A stretch of DNA of 64,000 bases, from assembly GCA_963700315.1 (NCBI GenBank), contig CAVOXC010000017.1, positions 28,062-92,061 of the forward strand, given 5' to 3'. How positions within the stretch are numbered: the stretch's first letter is position 1; each line of letters starts with the position of its first letter. The notes under the pieces are model-generated. The model searched no databases, was not told the DNA's origin, and was given only the letters and a program-made list of their open reading frames with translations. Shown in pieces: positions 1 through 9,735 of the stretch. The DNA comes from an uncultured Acidobacteriota bacterium (GTDB lineage: Bacteria; Acidobacteriota; Thermoanaerobaculia; Multivoradales; JAGPDF01). Made by a program: the position numbers and the translations under genes.

Positions 1-870
1 CGTGCCGTACTCGGTGCTGACCCCGAAGCCGTAGTTGCGCTCCCAGACGAGGCTTCCCTCGAGGTCGTATTTCAGCAGCCAGATATCGGTGCTGGTGGCG
101 GGGGAGTAGAAGCCGCCCGTGAGATAGAAGTGCCCATCCCCCGTCAGCTTCACCCACGTGGTGGTGTTACCGAAGCCCTCGATGACCCACTGACGGACTC
201 CGTCCGTGTCGTAGAGCACCGTGATGAAGCCCCCGCTCAGTCCTCCTCCGTTGATGATCAGGTGTCCCTGGGCATCGAGGTCCATCGAATTGGGAGTGTG
301 GAAGCCCGAGTTCTGATCGAAGGTGTCGACCCACAACCTCGTTCCGTCGGGGGCGTACTTGATGGTGACGAAGTCGTAGGTACCAGACCAGGTCCGGCCC
401 GCGACGTAGATGTTGCCGTCGGCATCCGAGATTCCCCGTACGGCGAAGGCCCATGTTCCCGGATAGGTATCGCTCCAGAGGAGGTTTCCAGCGCTGTTGT
501 ACTTGATCGTCAGGAGCCCGACCTGCACGGGGTTGCTGGAGAACGTCTGGGGATAACCCGTAACGACGACGTTGTCGAACGGATCCACCAGAACCCAGGT
601 TGCGACCGCCTGGAGGTCGGGGACCGAGTAGTGCTCTTCCCAGAGCAGGTTGCCGTCCGGGTCGTACTTCTTGGTCACGATGTACGAGCCGAAACGCCAG
701 CCGGTGACGACGACGTTCTCCTGGCTGTCCATCGCGACCATGCTGCCGTAGGGATAGCCGTTGGCGTCGGACTGGACCCAGGCTTCGGTCACGGTCTGGG
801 CGCCCGCGGGCGAGAGCCCGAGGACGACCGCGACGATCAGATTCCCGACCCAGCGCGAAGTCTCGTTCAT
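1..870 (-). CDS. Secreted beta-propeller-repeat protein (SBBP-like). 5' part only: the ATG is at 868-870 and the 3' end runs off the left edge
   Basis: Reverse complement from 870 reads MNETSRWVGNLIVAVVLGLSPAGAQT, a signal peptide. It is followed by repeated ~45-aa units of the form DxxGNxYVTG...Y.P.G..LW (e.g. VTGW..TKKYDPDGNLLW, IKYNSAGNLLW, IKYAPDGTRLW, LKYDLEGSLVW). No stop occurs before position 1, which is why it is missing from the ORF track. Confidence 0.6.
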   Translation of the reverse strand, partial: MNETSRWVGNLIVAVVLGLSPAGAQTVTEAWVQSDANGYPYGSMVAMDSQENVVVTGWRFGSYIVTKKYDPDGNLLWEEHYSVPDLQAVATWVLVDPFDNVVVTGYPQTFSSNPVQVGLLTIKYNSAGNLLWSDTYPGTWAFAVRGISDADGNIYVAGRTWSGTYDFVTIKYAPDGTRLWVDTFDQNSGFHTPNSMDLDAQGHLIINGGGLSGGFITVLYDTDGVRQWVIEGFGNTTTWVKLTGDGHFYLTGGFYSPATSTDIWLLKYDLEGSLVWERNYGFGVSTEYGT

Positions 871-1158
871 CGCCTGCCCTCCCGACGGTCCTGGGCCGTG
901 AACCCGGGGCCTTGTTTCAATGAGACAGCAGGCCGGCGCACCCGGAACGCCCCGTGATCGACGGTTTCTCGAGCGACGGCATTCGGGACGCCCCGGTCGC
1001 ACACCCTTGCGTCACCGTATAGGCAATTGCTCTTCGTCGCCAGCGAACAACGCCACCGGATCGGCGGTCAAGGGGACGGGTAACGGCACAGCGATCGGAA
1101 TAGGTGCGAAGAGGTGCCCGGCGCTTGGTAAGTCCTTGACGATGCGAAGGTTGCGAGG

Positions 1159-1184
1159 TAGCTGGCACCTGTCGCACCTGGCCC
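1159..1184 (+). repeat. Copy of the recurrent intergenic motif (degenerate: GTAGCTGGCACCTGTCGCACCTGG)
   Basis: gaggtagctggcacctgtcgcacctgg. Extended 24-nt form shared with the copies at 16929 and 44775 (GGCACCTG-N3-CACCTGG). Confidence 0.6.
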
Positions 1185-1194
1185 GCGCGAGTGG

Positions 1195-1902
1195 TCAGGG
1201 CGCAGGTGGAGGGCTCGGCGGCGCGGCAGGGCGCGCTGGCGTCGCTGGTGCCGCGGGCGCTGCCGGCGCGGCCTCCGCGGCGGGCGCCGGCTGCGGCGGG
1301 TTGATCATGATGTGGGCGCCGGCGGTGCCGGGGAACATCAGCCAGGGGCCGCCCGGGCTCGCGGGGGAGAGCGGGAGGCCGGTCGACTCTTCGGTCGCCC
1401 AGGGTGTGTAGACGACGTAGCGCAGGTTGGCGTCGATCGCCGCGCCGGTGGCGGCATCGAAGCCCTTGCCGGAGAGGACGTAGAGCGTTGCGGGTGAGTC
1501 GGGCATCGCGAGCTTGCCTTCGTCCGCCTCGCGCCAGCGCTGCTGCATGCGCTCCTCGGCCGGGACGCCCGCCGCGTCGAGCTCGCGGCCGCGGCGCATG
1601 TAGGGCTCGAGCGAGCGGTGGTAGCAGGCGACGCTCCACCTCTCGTTGCCCGGTGCGTCGGCGATGCAGACGAGGTCGTTGCTCCCCGCGCGCAGCTCGC
1701 GCAGGACCACCTCTTCGCCCGCCGCGACGTAGCCGAGCACCTGGGCTTCGGCGCGCCGCTCCGCGGGCGCCGCGAGCAGCGCGCTCGCGATCTGCTCGTC
1801 GGCCGAGGGGAGCTCGGCCGCGCGCCCCCCGCCGGTGATCGTCAGCACGAGCGCAACGCCGAACGGAACCGCCATCCACCTGCTTCTCGTCGCCATCTTC
1901 AT
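1195..1902 (-). CDS. Hypothetical secreted protein with a Pro/Ala-rich C-terminal tail
   Basis: Internal ATG of ORF 1195..2226 gives MKMATRSRWMAVPFGVALVLTITGGGRAAE (signal peptide). The body has moderate complexity. The C-terminus is PQPAPAAEAAPAAPAAPATPARPAAPPSPPPAP. The upstream extension reads as arginine-rich junk. Confidence 0.5.
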   Translation of the reverse strand: MKMATRSRWMAVPFGVALVLTITGGGRAAELPSADEQIASALLAAPAERRAEAQVLGYVAAGEEVVLRELRAGSNDLVCIADAPGNERWSVACYHRSLEPYMRRGRELDAAGVPAEERMQQRWREADEGKLAMPDSPATLYVLSGKGFDAATGAAIDANLRYVVYTPWATEESTGLPLSPASPGGPWLMFPGTAGAHIMINPPQPAPAAEAAPAAPAAPATPARPAAPPSPPPAP

Positions 1903-2134
1903 CGCTTGGCCTCCGTCGACTCGGGCGGGCAAGAGCCGCGGCGCTTGCCGCGACCTGCGCCCGGTCGGAAGATTCTCTCGTACCGCGGCCGGACGCGATA
2001 CCCGGAGGGCCGCGGCGCGCAGGTGCCAGCCGAATCGCGAGCGTCGAGTCGGAGACGGTTGCGGATCTCGCCGAGGAGCCGGGTGGCGGCGACCGCGGCC
2101 GCTAGGATCCGAGCGGGGAGGGGCGCGGCCGCGC

Positions 2135-2896
2135 TCAGCCGCCGCCGGCCAGCAGCGGCAGGTAGTCGGGGCGCTCGGAGATCGTGTTGTGGGTGGCGCC
2201 GGGCACGATGGCGAGCGACGCCACACCCGGGCGGAAGTGGTCGAGGAGCGACTCGGCGAGGCGCCGCGGCACGATCTCGTCGCGCCCGGCGACGATCAGC
2301 TGGGTGGGCGCCGTGACCTTTGGCGCGTCCCGCCAGGCGTCGTAGCGATCCAGCAGCAGCCAACGCACCGGGAAGATCGGGTAGTGGTGCGCGCCGACGT
2401 TGGCGAGGCTGTCGAAGGGCGTCACGAGGACGAGGCGGGAGACCGGGCGGCGGCTCGCCACGTGAGTGGCGACGGCCGCGCCGAGGCTGCGGCCGACCAC
2501 GACGACCTCCGGGTAGACCGCGTGCACGCGGTCGAAGAGCGCCAGCGCGTCGGCGTCGAGGGCCTCCTCCGAGGGCTCTCCCGTGCTCCGGCCGTAGCCG
2601 CGGTAGTGGAGCGCGAAGAGGGCGCGCTCGGGGAAGGCCCGGTCGAGCTCCGGCAGGGTCCAGGCGACCGCCTCGGCGTTGCCGCCGAAGTAGATCACCG
2701 CGCGCTGGCCCTGACGCGGCAGGACGGAGACCGCGAGCCGTGCGTCCGGCACCGCCAGCGTCTCGATCTCGCCGGCCCGCGCGTCCCAGCGCGGCGGCAG
2801 GTAGATCATCGAGCGCTGCGTGAAGTAGAGCAGGAGGCAGAGCCCGACGTAGAACGCCGAAGCTGTCGCCACCAGGCTCACGATCGTGCGTCGCAT
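2135..2896 (-). CDS. Alpha/beta-hydrolase fold protein with an N-terminal membrane anchor
   Basis: Start MRRTIVSLVATASAFYVGLCLLLYF is a TM helix. Alpha/beta-hydrolase pattern ...VIYFGGNAE...HYRGYGRSTG...VVVVGRSLGAAVA (nucleophile-elbow-like G-x-S-x-G) ...VTPFDS...GATHN. The ATG is the 22nd codon of ORF 2135..2959. Confidence 0.7.
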   Translation of the reverse strand: MRRTIVSLVATASAFYVGLCLLLYFTQRSMIYLPPRWDARAGEIETLAVPDARLAVSVLPRQGQRAVIYFGGNAEAVAWTLPELDRAFPERALFALHYRGYGRSTGEPSEEALDADALALFDRVHAVYPEVVVVGRSLGAAVATHVASRRPVSRLVLVTPFDSLANVGAHHYPIFPVRWLLLDRYDAWRDAPKVTAPTQLIVAGRDEIVPRRLAESLLDHFRPGVASLAIVPGATHNTISERPDYLPLLAGGG

Positions 2897-2983
2897 CCGG
2901 TCACCGGGAAGCTCTCCCGCCCCGAGTGTAACCGCCCCTCCCTCTTCGGGAACCGGCACGGAGCCTGGGGCGGCGCGGGCGGC

Positions 2984-3319
2984 TCAGCCGAGGGGTCGGC
3001 CGGTCCCTTCCGGATCCGTGCCGTCGGCGCCGGGGCCATCGCCATCGCCGCAGTCGCCGGAGCCGATGTCGACCTGGAAAGCCGTGTTGAATGCAGCGCC
3101 CGACCCGAGCTGCACCGGTGTCGTGAGGAAGGCCGAGCCGGTCGAGCCTCCGACTGCGTCGGTCAGACGCAGGACGCCGCCCGTGCAGGTCGCCGAGCCG
3201 TTGAGCTGGAGCGCAGAGCAGTCGTTGCAGTTTGGAAAGTCGACGGCCTGCGGCGAGGCGGGCACCGCGGCGAGGGCGAAGAGCGACGCGACCGCGACGA
3301 GAGAGGAGCGGAAACGCAT
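2984..3319 (-). CDS. Small secreted hypothetical protein (~111 aa)
   Basis: Internal start MRFRSSLVAVASLFALAAVPASPQA (signal peptide), then a Gly/Thr/Cys-rich mature part. Position 44 of ORF 2984..3451; the upstream part reads as junk. Confidence 0.4.
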   Translation of the reverse strand: MRFRSSLVAVASLFALAAVPASPQAVDFPNCNDCSALQLNGSATCTGGVLRLTDAVGGSTGSAFLTTPVQLGSGAAFNTAFQVDIGSGDCGDGDGPGADGTDPEGTGRPLG

Positions 3320-3516
3320 GGACGACCTCCGTGACAAGAAACCGGCCGCAGCCCCGCGTCCGGTCGCTGTTTCGTTCGAGGAGAGGACACCGAACGGGCA
3401 ACGCTGCCGTCGAGCCCTCCCTCGGGCTCCGGGAGCGCCGGGGGAGGTCACGGGCGCGGCGCGCGGTACCCGTCTCCGCCTTGATAGCCTCTGCGGGACG
3501 AGAAGGGAGGAGCCAC

Positions 3517-4464
3517 ATGGCGAAGAAGACCATCGCGGTGATCGGAGCGACCGGGCAGCAGGGGGGCGGGCTCGCCCGGGCGATCCTGGCGAATCCGAAG
3601 CAGGAGTTCGCGGCCCGGGCGGTGACGCGCCAACCCGACAGCGAGAAGGCGCGGGCGCTCGCCGCGGCGGGCGCCGAGGTCGTCGCCGGCGATCTCGACG
3701 ACCCCGCGAGCCTCGAGCGCGCCTTCGCCGGCGCCCACGGCGTCTACGCCGTGACGAACTACTGGGAGCACTTCTCGGTCGAGCGCGAGATGAAGCAGGC
3801 AGCGGCGATCGCGCGCGCGACGAAGAAGGCCGGGGTCGCGCACGTCGTCTGGTCGACGCTCGAGGACACGCGCGAGAAGCTCCCGCTCGACGACCCGCGG
3901 ATGCCGGTCCTGGGCGGGAAGTACAACGTGCCGCATTTCGACGGCAAAGGGGCCTCCGACGCCGTCTTCGAGCGCGAGGGCGCGCCCACGAGCTACCTGC
4001 TCGCGGCCTTCTACTGGGACAACTTCATCTACCTGGGCGCCGGACCGAAGCCGAACGACCAGGGCGTGCTGACCCTGACGCTGCCGCTCGGCGGCATCGC
4101 GCTGGCCGGGATCGCCTCCGCGGACGTCGGCGGCTGCGCGCTGGGCATCTTCCGCCGCGGTCCGGGAGCCGCCGGCGAGCGCTTCGGCATCTCGGGCGAG
4201 AACCTGACCGGCGAGGAGCTGGCGGCCGGGCTCTCGCGCGCCCTCGGCCGGAGAATCGACTTCTGGGACCCGCCCTTCGACACCTACCGCGGCTTCGGCT
4301 TCCCGGGCGCGGACGATCTGGGCAACATGTTCCAGTACCAGGCGATCCTGGGCGACGAGTTCCTCGCGACGCGCGACCCGGAGCTCGCGCGAGCGCTCCA
4401 CCCGGGCCTGAAGACCTACGAGGCCTGGCTCGCCGAGAACGCCGCCAAGATCCCGCTCGAGTAG
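3517..4464 (+). CDS. NmrA-family NAD(P)-binding protein (SDR-like)
   Basis: MAKKTIAVIGATGQQGGGLARAIL is a Rossmann GxxGxxG. NmrA-like length (315 aa). A strong RBS AGAAGGGAGGAG sits 6 nt upstream of ATG 3517. ORF 3232..4464 is the same frame with a junk N-extension. Confidence 0.85.
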   Translation: MAKKTIAVIGATGQQGGGLARAILANPKQEFAARAVTRQPDSEKARALAAAGAEVVAGDLDDPASLERAFAGAHGVYAVTNYWEHFSVEREMKQAAAIARATKKAGVAHVVWSTLEDTREKLPLDDPRMPVLGGKYNVPHFDGKGASDAVFEREGAPTSYLLAAFYWDNFIYLGAGPKPNDQGVLTLTLPLGGIALAGIASADVGGCALGIFRRGPGAAGERFGISGENLTGEELAAGLSRALGRRIDFWDPPFDTYRGFGFPGADDLGNMFQYQAILGDEFLATRDPELARALHPGLKTYEAWLAENAAKIPLE

Positions 4465-4502
4465 CTCGGAAGCGGCGACTGGTACCGAGCCCGTCCCCGG
4501 AG

Positions 4503-5909
4503 TCAGCGGGTTTCGAAGGCGCCGCGGCTGGGCGGTGATGCGAAGCAGAAGCCGTCGAGGTCGCCCCAGCTCCAGGCGGTCGCCTGCCCGGTGCCGGCGG
4601 CGGGGCTCGCGGGGCCGATGCGGTAGCCGACGCCGAGCTGGGGGTCGACGCCGTAGAGGCCGCCGGTCTCGGTGACCGGGAGGCTGGGCTGTGACTGGGC
4701 GGGGTTGTCCCACGCGTACCAGAGGTTGCTCGCGAAGGTGAAGGTCTCCGGCGCGGTGTTCGGGCCGATGTTCAGGTGGGTCGAGAGCGCGCCGCGGTCG
4801 AAATAGACGAGGTTGTTGACGAAGACGCCGTCGCGGCAGGCCTCGAAGAGGTAGGGCGGCGAGCTGGTCGTCTCCTGGAGGATGCGCAGGATCCAGTTGT
4901 CGGGATCGACGATCGTGTTGTTCGCCACGACGCAGCCGACGCAACCGACGTAGGCGACGGCCGCGTCCGAGCCTTCGAAGACGTTGGCCACCACGCGCAG
5001 GTCGCGCGCCTCGGCGTTCGGTAGCGTCGTCGAGAGCGGCGGCCGGAAGAACTGGAAGCCGGTGCTGCCGCCGAGGTTCAAGCTGCGCGCGCCGGAGTCG
5101 ATGAAGCGGTTCCAGCGGATCTCGAGGTCGACGCTGCCGCCCTTGGATTGGATCGCGTTGGCCGAGAGGTCGTGGAAGAGGTTTCTGGCGAGCAGACCCT
5201 GGTGGCAACCGACGTGGTCGACGCCGCTGCCCGAGGAGCCGCCGCCGCAGAGCGCGAACTCCGAGAGCGCGACGGTGAAGTCGTTCAAGCCCGAGAGCTT
5301 GAGGCAGTCCTGGTTGCCGCCGGCGCCGATGTCGTGGATCCAGAGGTGGTGGAAGGTGAGGTGATGGGTCGCGAGCGGGTCGGCGTAGTCGCCGCCGTCG
5401 TCGGCGTTGATCCCATTCGCGGTCGCATTGCGCACCTCGAGGTCGTGGACCACCAGGTAGCTGCAGCGGGAGAGGTGCAGGCCCTCGCTGGCGCCTGCGA
5501 GCACCGGCCGCGGCTCGCCCGGCACGCCGCCGATCCAGATCGGCGCGGACTCCGTGCCGGCGAGGTCGGAGAGGAAGATGCCGCCGGCGTACGTGCCGGC
5601 ATGGACCCGGATGGCGCTGCCCGGCAGAGCGTCGTCCGCGGCTCTATCGATCGTCGCGTAGGGGTTCCCCGGAGTGCCGTCGCCGGTCGCGTCGTCGCCC
5701 GTGGTCGCGACGTGGATCTCGGTCGTCGGCGTAGCCCAGCGCCCGAAGGCCTCGAGCCGGTCGCACCGGGGTGGCACGACGGCGCTCCAATCGGCGCTGT
5801 CGCCCCACTCGAAGTCGCTCGAGAAAACAGCGTCCTGGGCCGACGCCGGGAGAGCTGCGAGGAGAATCCCCGCGATCGGCAGCGTGCGTCGAAGCGAGCT
5901 CGGCAGCAT
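4503..5909 (-). CDS. Secreted right-handed parallel beta-helix repeat protein (pectate-lyase-like fold)
   Basis: Start MLPSSLRRTLPIAGILLAALPASAQD (signal). Repeated beta-helix rungs such as IRVHAGTYAGGIF, LVVHDLEVRNATANGINAD, LTFHHLWIHDIGAGGNQDCLKLSG, LARNLFHDLSANAIQSKGG, VVANVFEG, VVANNTIV. Codon 60 of ORF 4503..6086. Confidence 0.7.
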   Translation of the reverse strand: MLPSSLRRTLPIAGILLAALPASAQDAVFSSDFEWGDSADWSAVVPPRCDRLEAFGRWATPTTEIHVATTGDDATGDGTPGNPYATIDRAADDALPGSAIRVHAGTYAGGIFLSDLAGTESAPIWIGGVPGEPRPVLAGASEGLHLSRCSYLVVHDLEVRNATANGINADDGGDYADPLATHHLTFHHLWIHDIGAGGNQDCLKLSGLNDFTVALSEFALCGGGSSGSGVDHVGCHQGLLARNLFHDLSANAIQSKGGSVDLEIRWNRFIDSGARSLNLGGSTGFQFFRPPLSTTLPNAEARDLRVVANVFEGSDAAVAYVGCVGCVVANNTIVDPDNWILRILQETTSSPPYLFEACRDGVFVNNLVYFDRGALSTHLNIGPNTAPETFTFASNLWYAWDNPAQSQPSLPVTETGGLYGVDPQLGVGYRIGPASPAAGTGQATAWSWGDLDGFCFASPPSRGAFETR

Positions 5910-6092
5910 GTCCGAGAAGCTAGTCCATTCGCCCCACCGAGCGCCATCGTGGACTGCGCAAGGGTGTGGCGGCGAGGGCTCTGGAGCTCGAAGTGGGCAG
6001 GACCTTCGTGGAGTACCCGCGCGCTCCGATGCCCCGCGCGGCGGTGACCTCACCCTCTTCGTTCTCCTTGGTCGCCGGCTTTCCAATCTCAG

Positions 6093-6893
6093 CTATGGCG
6101 CGATTCCGGTCGCAGCTCCCCGGAAGAAGTCCGACAGGGCCGCGTTGAACTCTTCGGGCGCTTCGAGGTTGCTGACGTGCCCGGCGTTGTCGAGCACGAC
6201 GAGGCGGGCGCCGCGGATCTTGCCCACCAGAGTCTGCGCGACGCTGGTGGGAAAGATCGCGTCGCCGCTGCCGGTGAGCACCAGGGACGGCAGGTCGAAG
6301 CCCGCGAGCGCCGGCGTGGTGTCGGTGCGGCCCTGCATCGCCGCGAGAGCGTTGGCCATGCCCGCGGGGTCGTTGCGGAGCATCTGCTCCTTCAGTGCGC
6401 GGCCGGTCGGGGAGTCGGGGCGCACCAGGAGCTTGGGCAGCAGACCCTCGACGAAGGCAGCGACCTCGCCGCCGTGCAGGGCGCGGATGCCGGCGGCGCG
6501 GCCGAGCTTGGCCTCGTCCGAGTCCGCCTCGGAGCGGGTGTCGCAGAGGGCGAGCGCCCAGAATCGCTCCGGCGCCCGTTCGACGGCGCGCAGCACGATG
6601 TAGCCCCCCATCGAGAGCCCGGCGAGCCCTGCTCGCGCGATGCCGAGCGCGTTCATCAGGGCGAGCAGATCGTCGACGTAGGCCTCCATGGGCTGGGGCG
6701 CCGGGCCGAGATCGCTCTCGCCCAGGCCGCGCAGGTCGTAGGTCACGACCCGGAAGCTCTGCGCGAGGGTGGCGAGCTGCCCGGCCCAGGTGGCGCGCGT
6801 GAAGGGGAAGCCGTGGACGAGGATGACCCAAGGGGCGCCGTCGCGGCCCTGGACGTCGTAGGCGATCTCGATTCCGTTGATCGGTCGGAGCAT
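6093..6893 (-). CDS. Alpha/beta hydrolase (enol-lactonase/haloperoxidase-like)
   Basis: MLRPINGIEIAYDVQGRDGAPWVILVHGFPF...LAGLSMGGYIV (GxSxG)...LVLTGSGDAIFP...NAGHVSNLE. Start is codon 40 of ORF 6093..7010. Confidence 0.8.
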   Translation of the reverse strand: MLRPINGIEIAYDVQGRDGAPWVILVHGFPFTRATWAGQLATLAQSFRVVTYDLRGLGESDLGPAPQPMEAYVDDLLALMNALGIARAGLAGLSMGGYIVLRAVERAPERFWALALCDTRSEADSDEAKLGRAAGIRALHGGEVAAFVEGLLPKLLVRPDSPTGRALKEQMLRNDPAGMANALAAMQGRTDTTPALAGFDLPSLVLTGSGDAIFPTSVAQTLVGKIRGARLVVLDNAGHVSNLEAPEEFNAALSDFFRGAATGIAP

Positions 6894-7055
6894 GTCGTCG
6901 ATCCTCTCAAAGGTCGCGCGCGCAGCATAGGAGCACGCCGAAGCGCCCGAGGCGAAACCCGTCTTCCTGATGCGTCTTTCAGGAGGCGGGCTTCGGGCGT
7001 TTTGACCCATCCCTCGCTGCGCTGCGGGGCACGACGACGAAAGCGATCGTCTCGC

Positions 7056-7070
7056 CAGGTGGCTGGCACC
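7056..7070 (+). repeat. Copy of the recurrent intergenic motif CAGGTGGCTGGCACC
   Basis: ...ctcgccaggtggctggcacctcagcg..., between the OmpA-like stop (7098) and the hydrolase start (6893). Confidence 0.65.
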
Positions 7071-7097
7071 TCAGCGCCTCGATGCCGAGAGTCAGCC

Positions 7098-7829
7098 TCA
7101 GCCGGACTTGGCGATGATGATCTCGACGCGGCGGTTGCGCTGGCGGCCGGCGGCGGTGGCGTTGTCGGCGACGGGCTGGGTCTCGCCGCGGCCGGCGCTC
7201 TCGAGCCGGCTCGCGGCGACGCCGTGATTCGTGAGCCAGCGCGCGACCGACTGGGCGCGGCGTTCGGAGAGGCCCTGGTTGTAGTCGTCGGAGGCGATCG
7301 AATCGGTGTGCCCCTCGATGCGCGCGGGGCGCGGGGCGTAGGCGAGGAGCACCTGGGCGAGCTCCTCGAGCGTGCGCTCGGCGTCGGGGCGCAGGTCCGC
7401 GGAATCGAAGTCGAAGAGGATGGAGCCGGGCAGGCGGATGGTGATCTCCGTTTCGGTGATCTCGGCGCCGAGGCGGGTCAGGCGCTCGTCGACGCTCGTC
7501 GATTTCGCCGCGAGCTCGGTGGCGAGCCCGACGAGGCCGGAGGTGCGACCAAAGTCGAGCGTCGTGATCGTCATCTCGAGCTGCGACCTCTTGTCGCGGT
7601 TCCATTCGGCGGCGAGCACCGACTCGGCGAGGGCCTGGGCCCCGGCGGGCTCCGGGTCTTCCCAGGCGGCCGCCGCGGCGGCCTGCGACGCGCCCGCGCG
7701 GGAGGCGGACGGAGGTGGGACGGCTTGCGCCGAGCCCTCCGGGGCGCGCGCCGCCCGCTCGTTCTCGCTCCCGCCGCAGGCCGCGACGAGCGCCAGCGCC
7801 CAGCACGCGATCCAGCGCCGGAGCGACAA
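7098..7829 (-). CDS. OmpA-family lipoprotein (peptidoglycan-binding OmpA C-terminal domain). Probable TTG start directly after the stop of the upstream gene
   Basis: C-terminal OmpA-like domain: RIEGHTDSIASDDYNQGLSERRAQSVARWL...GRGETQPVADNATAAGRQRNRRVEIII. N-terminus (M)SLRRWIACWALALVAACGG is a lipoprotein signal with a lipobox Cys. There is no in-frame ATG before the signal. TTG at 7827-7829 follows the TAA of gene 7831..8307. Confidence 0.6.
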   Translation of the reverse strand: MSLRRWIACWALALVAACGGSENERAARAPEGSAQAVPPPSASRAGASQAAAAAAWEDPEPAGAQALAESVLAAEWNRDKRSQLEMTITTLDFGRTSGLVGLATELAAKSTSVDERLTRLGAEITETEITIRLPGSILFDFDSADLRPDAERTLEELAQVLLAYAPRPARIEGHTDSIASDDYNQGLSERRAQSVARWLTNHGVAASRLESAGRGETQPVADNATAAGRQRNRRVEIIIAKSG

Positions 7830-7830
7830 C

Positions 7831-8307
7831 TTACTTATCCGTGATCGGCGCGGATTCGAAGGGCTCGGTGCCGTCGAACAGGACGGTGAGCTCCTTGACC
7901 GCCGGCGGCGGCGCGGGGAACTTCGCCCAGTAGCGGCGAATGCCACCCGGCTCGACGTTCTCGTATATGCCGTACACGCCGCCGCCGATCCCCTCGTGCA
8001 TCGACGCCACCGACTTGCCCTCCTTGTCGGTGAGCACGAAGTACTTCGTGCCGCTCTCCTCGTCGACAAGGTAGGTGCGCGCTTTCTCCCCCTGGTAGCC
8101 GAACTCGACCAGGGTCTTGCCCTTGCTCGCGTCCGTCTCGGTGTTGCGAATCGCCCATTTCACGGTGAGCACTCCGCCCTTGCGCTCGAGCGACACGAGG
8201 TCGAGCGTGATCCCACGGGTGTTGGTCTCCGCGCTACCGATCGGCAGCGAGAGGGCGGGCGCGGCGACGGCGAACGTCGCGAGCAACAGACCGGCGGCTC
8301 GAAGCAT
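7831..8307 (-). CDS. Hypothetical secreted protein (158 aa). Likely co-transcribed with the OmpA-like lipoprotein
   Basis: MLRAAGLLLATFAVAAPALSLPIGSAE signal peptide. Clean 158-aa ORF of moderate complexity. Its stop abuts the downstream start. Confidence 0.6.
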   Translation of the reverse strand: MLRAAGLLLATFAVAAPALSLPIGSAETNTRGITLDLVSLERKGGVLTVKWAIRNTETDASKGKTLVEFGYQGEKARTYLVDEESGTKYFVLTDKEGKSVASMHEGIGGGVYGIYENVEPGGIRRYWAKFPAPPPAVKELTVLFDGTEPFESAPITDK

Positions 8308-8422
8308 GGCTGCCTCCTTGGGTGGAACGGCCGGATCCTAGTCCAATCGGGGCGGCAAGGGAATCGCGCCGGCTCACCTCGACCCCGCTCCGGCGCGCGT
8401 CCGAACGCGGCGCTGGGCTCGC

Positions 8423-9574
8423 TCAGGGGAGCGCGGCGCTCCAGGCGGAGCCGTCACCGCTCTCGAAGTCGTCGGCGAACAGGAAGGTCGCGTCGATCGC
8501 GGCGCGCAGCGCGTCGAGAAGGGCGAGATCGACGTAGACCGAGCCGGCAAAGCCTTCCGCGGCATCCATCGCGACGATGCCGCGCACTCTTCGCTTGACG
8601 TCGACCCACGGAAATGTGCCGAAGACGCCCGGGCTGGTGACTTCCTCGACCCGGCCGGTCGCGGGATCCTGCGCCAGGATCCACGCGCCGTGGCCGTAGT
8701 CGGGACGCTCGCCGTACGGATAGGGATAGGGTGGCCAGGCGCTGTCGTACTCGGGCAGGCCCAGGGTCTGGTTGGTGAGCCACTCCTGCACGCTCTCGGG
8801 GTCGAGATACCGCGAGCCGTCGTCGGCGCGGCCGTTGCGCAGCACCATGCGCAGGAAGTTCCGGTAGTCGGCCGCGGAGGTGCGCGCGCCGCCGGGGATG
8901 CAGGGGTTGACCGGCAGGAGCAAGTAGTCGAGGTTCGCGAGCCCGAGCGGTTGCGCCAGCTCCTCCTCGACCAGCGTGTGCCAGTCCTTGCCGGTCACGA
9001 CCTCCGCGATCCGGCCGACGACCTCCATGCCGTCGCCTTCGTAGGCGAGCTCGGTTCCGGGCGGGAAGACGATGGGCGTATGGACGGCGATGAGGCCGGC
9101 GGCCTGCGCCAGGGTAATGAAGGGCGCGGTCTCGTAGTCGACGACGGTCTCGTGCAGCCCCGACTTCATCGCGAAGCACTGGCGGATGGTGACGTCGCCC
9201 TTGCCGTAGAGGTCGAAGATGGGCAGGTAGTCGCCGATCCTGTCGTCGAGCTCGAAGAAGCCCTGCTCGACCAGCCGCAGAATGACCGCCGAAGAGAGCC
9301 ACTTGCTCGCCGAGCCCAGCCGCAGATGGGTATCCGCGCCAACGTCGCCGCCGCCCTGGTAGGTGAAGATCGGCGTGTCGTTCTGAAAGACCTCGACGAA
9401 GACGCCGCCGGCGTAGGCGGAGAGGTACGTGTCGAGCAAAGCGGTCGCGGCGGAGAAGTCATAGACCTGCGCCCGCGCCGGCGCCACGCCGGCGAGCCAG
9501 AACAGCGCGACGGCCAGGGCAGTGCGCAGGCCGAAGGAGAGTCGGAACCGTGCCATGCGACGTGAAACCCGCAT
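8423..9574 (-). CDS. Beta-lactamase-family serine hydrolase (class C / esterase-like)
   Basis: Signal MRVSRRMARFRLSFGLRTALAVALFWLAGVAPARA. S-x-x-K active-site motif in LGSASKWLS. Beta-lactamase-fold length and YxN-like region. Alternative start MARF at 9556. Confidence 0.8.
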   Translation of the reverse strand: MRVSRRMARFRLSFGLRTALAVALFWLAGVAPARAQVYDFSAATALLDTYLSAYAGGVFVEVFQNDTPIFTYQGGGDVGADTHLRLGSASKWLSSAVILRLVEQGFFELDDRIGDYLPIFDLYGKGDVTIRQCFAMKSGLHETVVDYETAPFITLAQAAGLIAVHTPIVFPPGTELAYEGDGMEVVGRIAEVVTGKDWHTLVEEELAQPLGLANLDYLLLPVNPCIPGGARTSAADYRNFLRMVLRNGRADDGSRYLDPESVQEWLTNQTLGLPEYDSAWPPYPYPYGERPDYGHGAWILAQDPATGRVEEVTSPGVFGTFPWVDVKRRVRGIVAMDAAEGFAGSVYVDLALLDALRAAIDATFLFADDFESGDGSAWSAALP

Positions 9575-9735
9575 CAGCGCTCCATCCTGCGCCGGCTCGC
9601 CGGCCGAAGCGCCAATCCGAGCCCCGAGAATCGCCGAGACCTCCAGGCCGAGCGGGGAGTTGTCGAACCAGGTCGTTGGCACCTGTTCGGCGCGGCATCT
9701 CTGCGATTCGGCCCGGAAGGGGGGCCGCGTTCAGT

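Noticed and set aside
3232-3516. Upstream extension of the NmrA-like gene to the ORF start at 3232
   Set aside because: The extension is Arg/Pro-rich junk overlapping the convergent small secreted gene. A strong Shine-Dalgarno sequence precedes the internal ATG at 3517, which begins the Rossmann motif.
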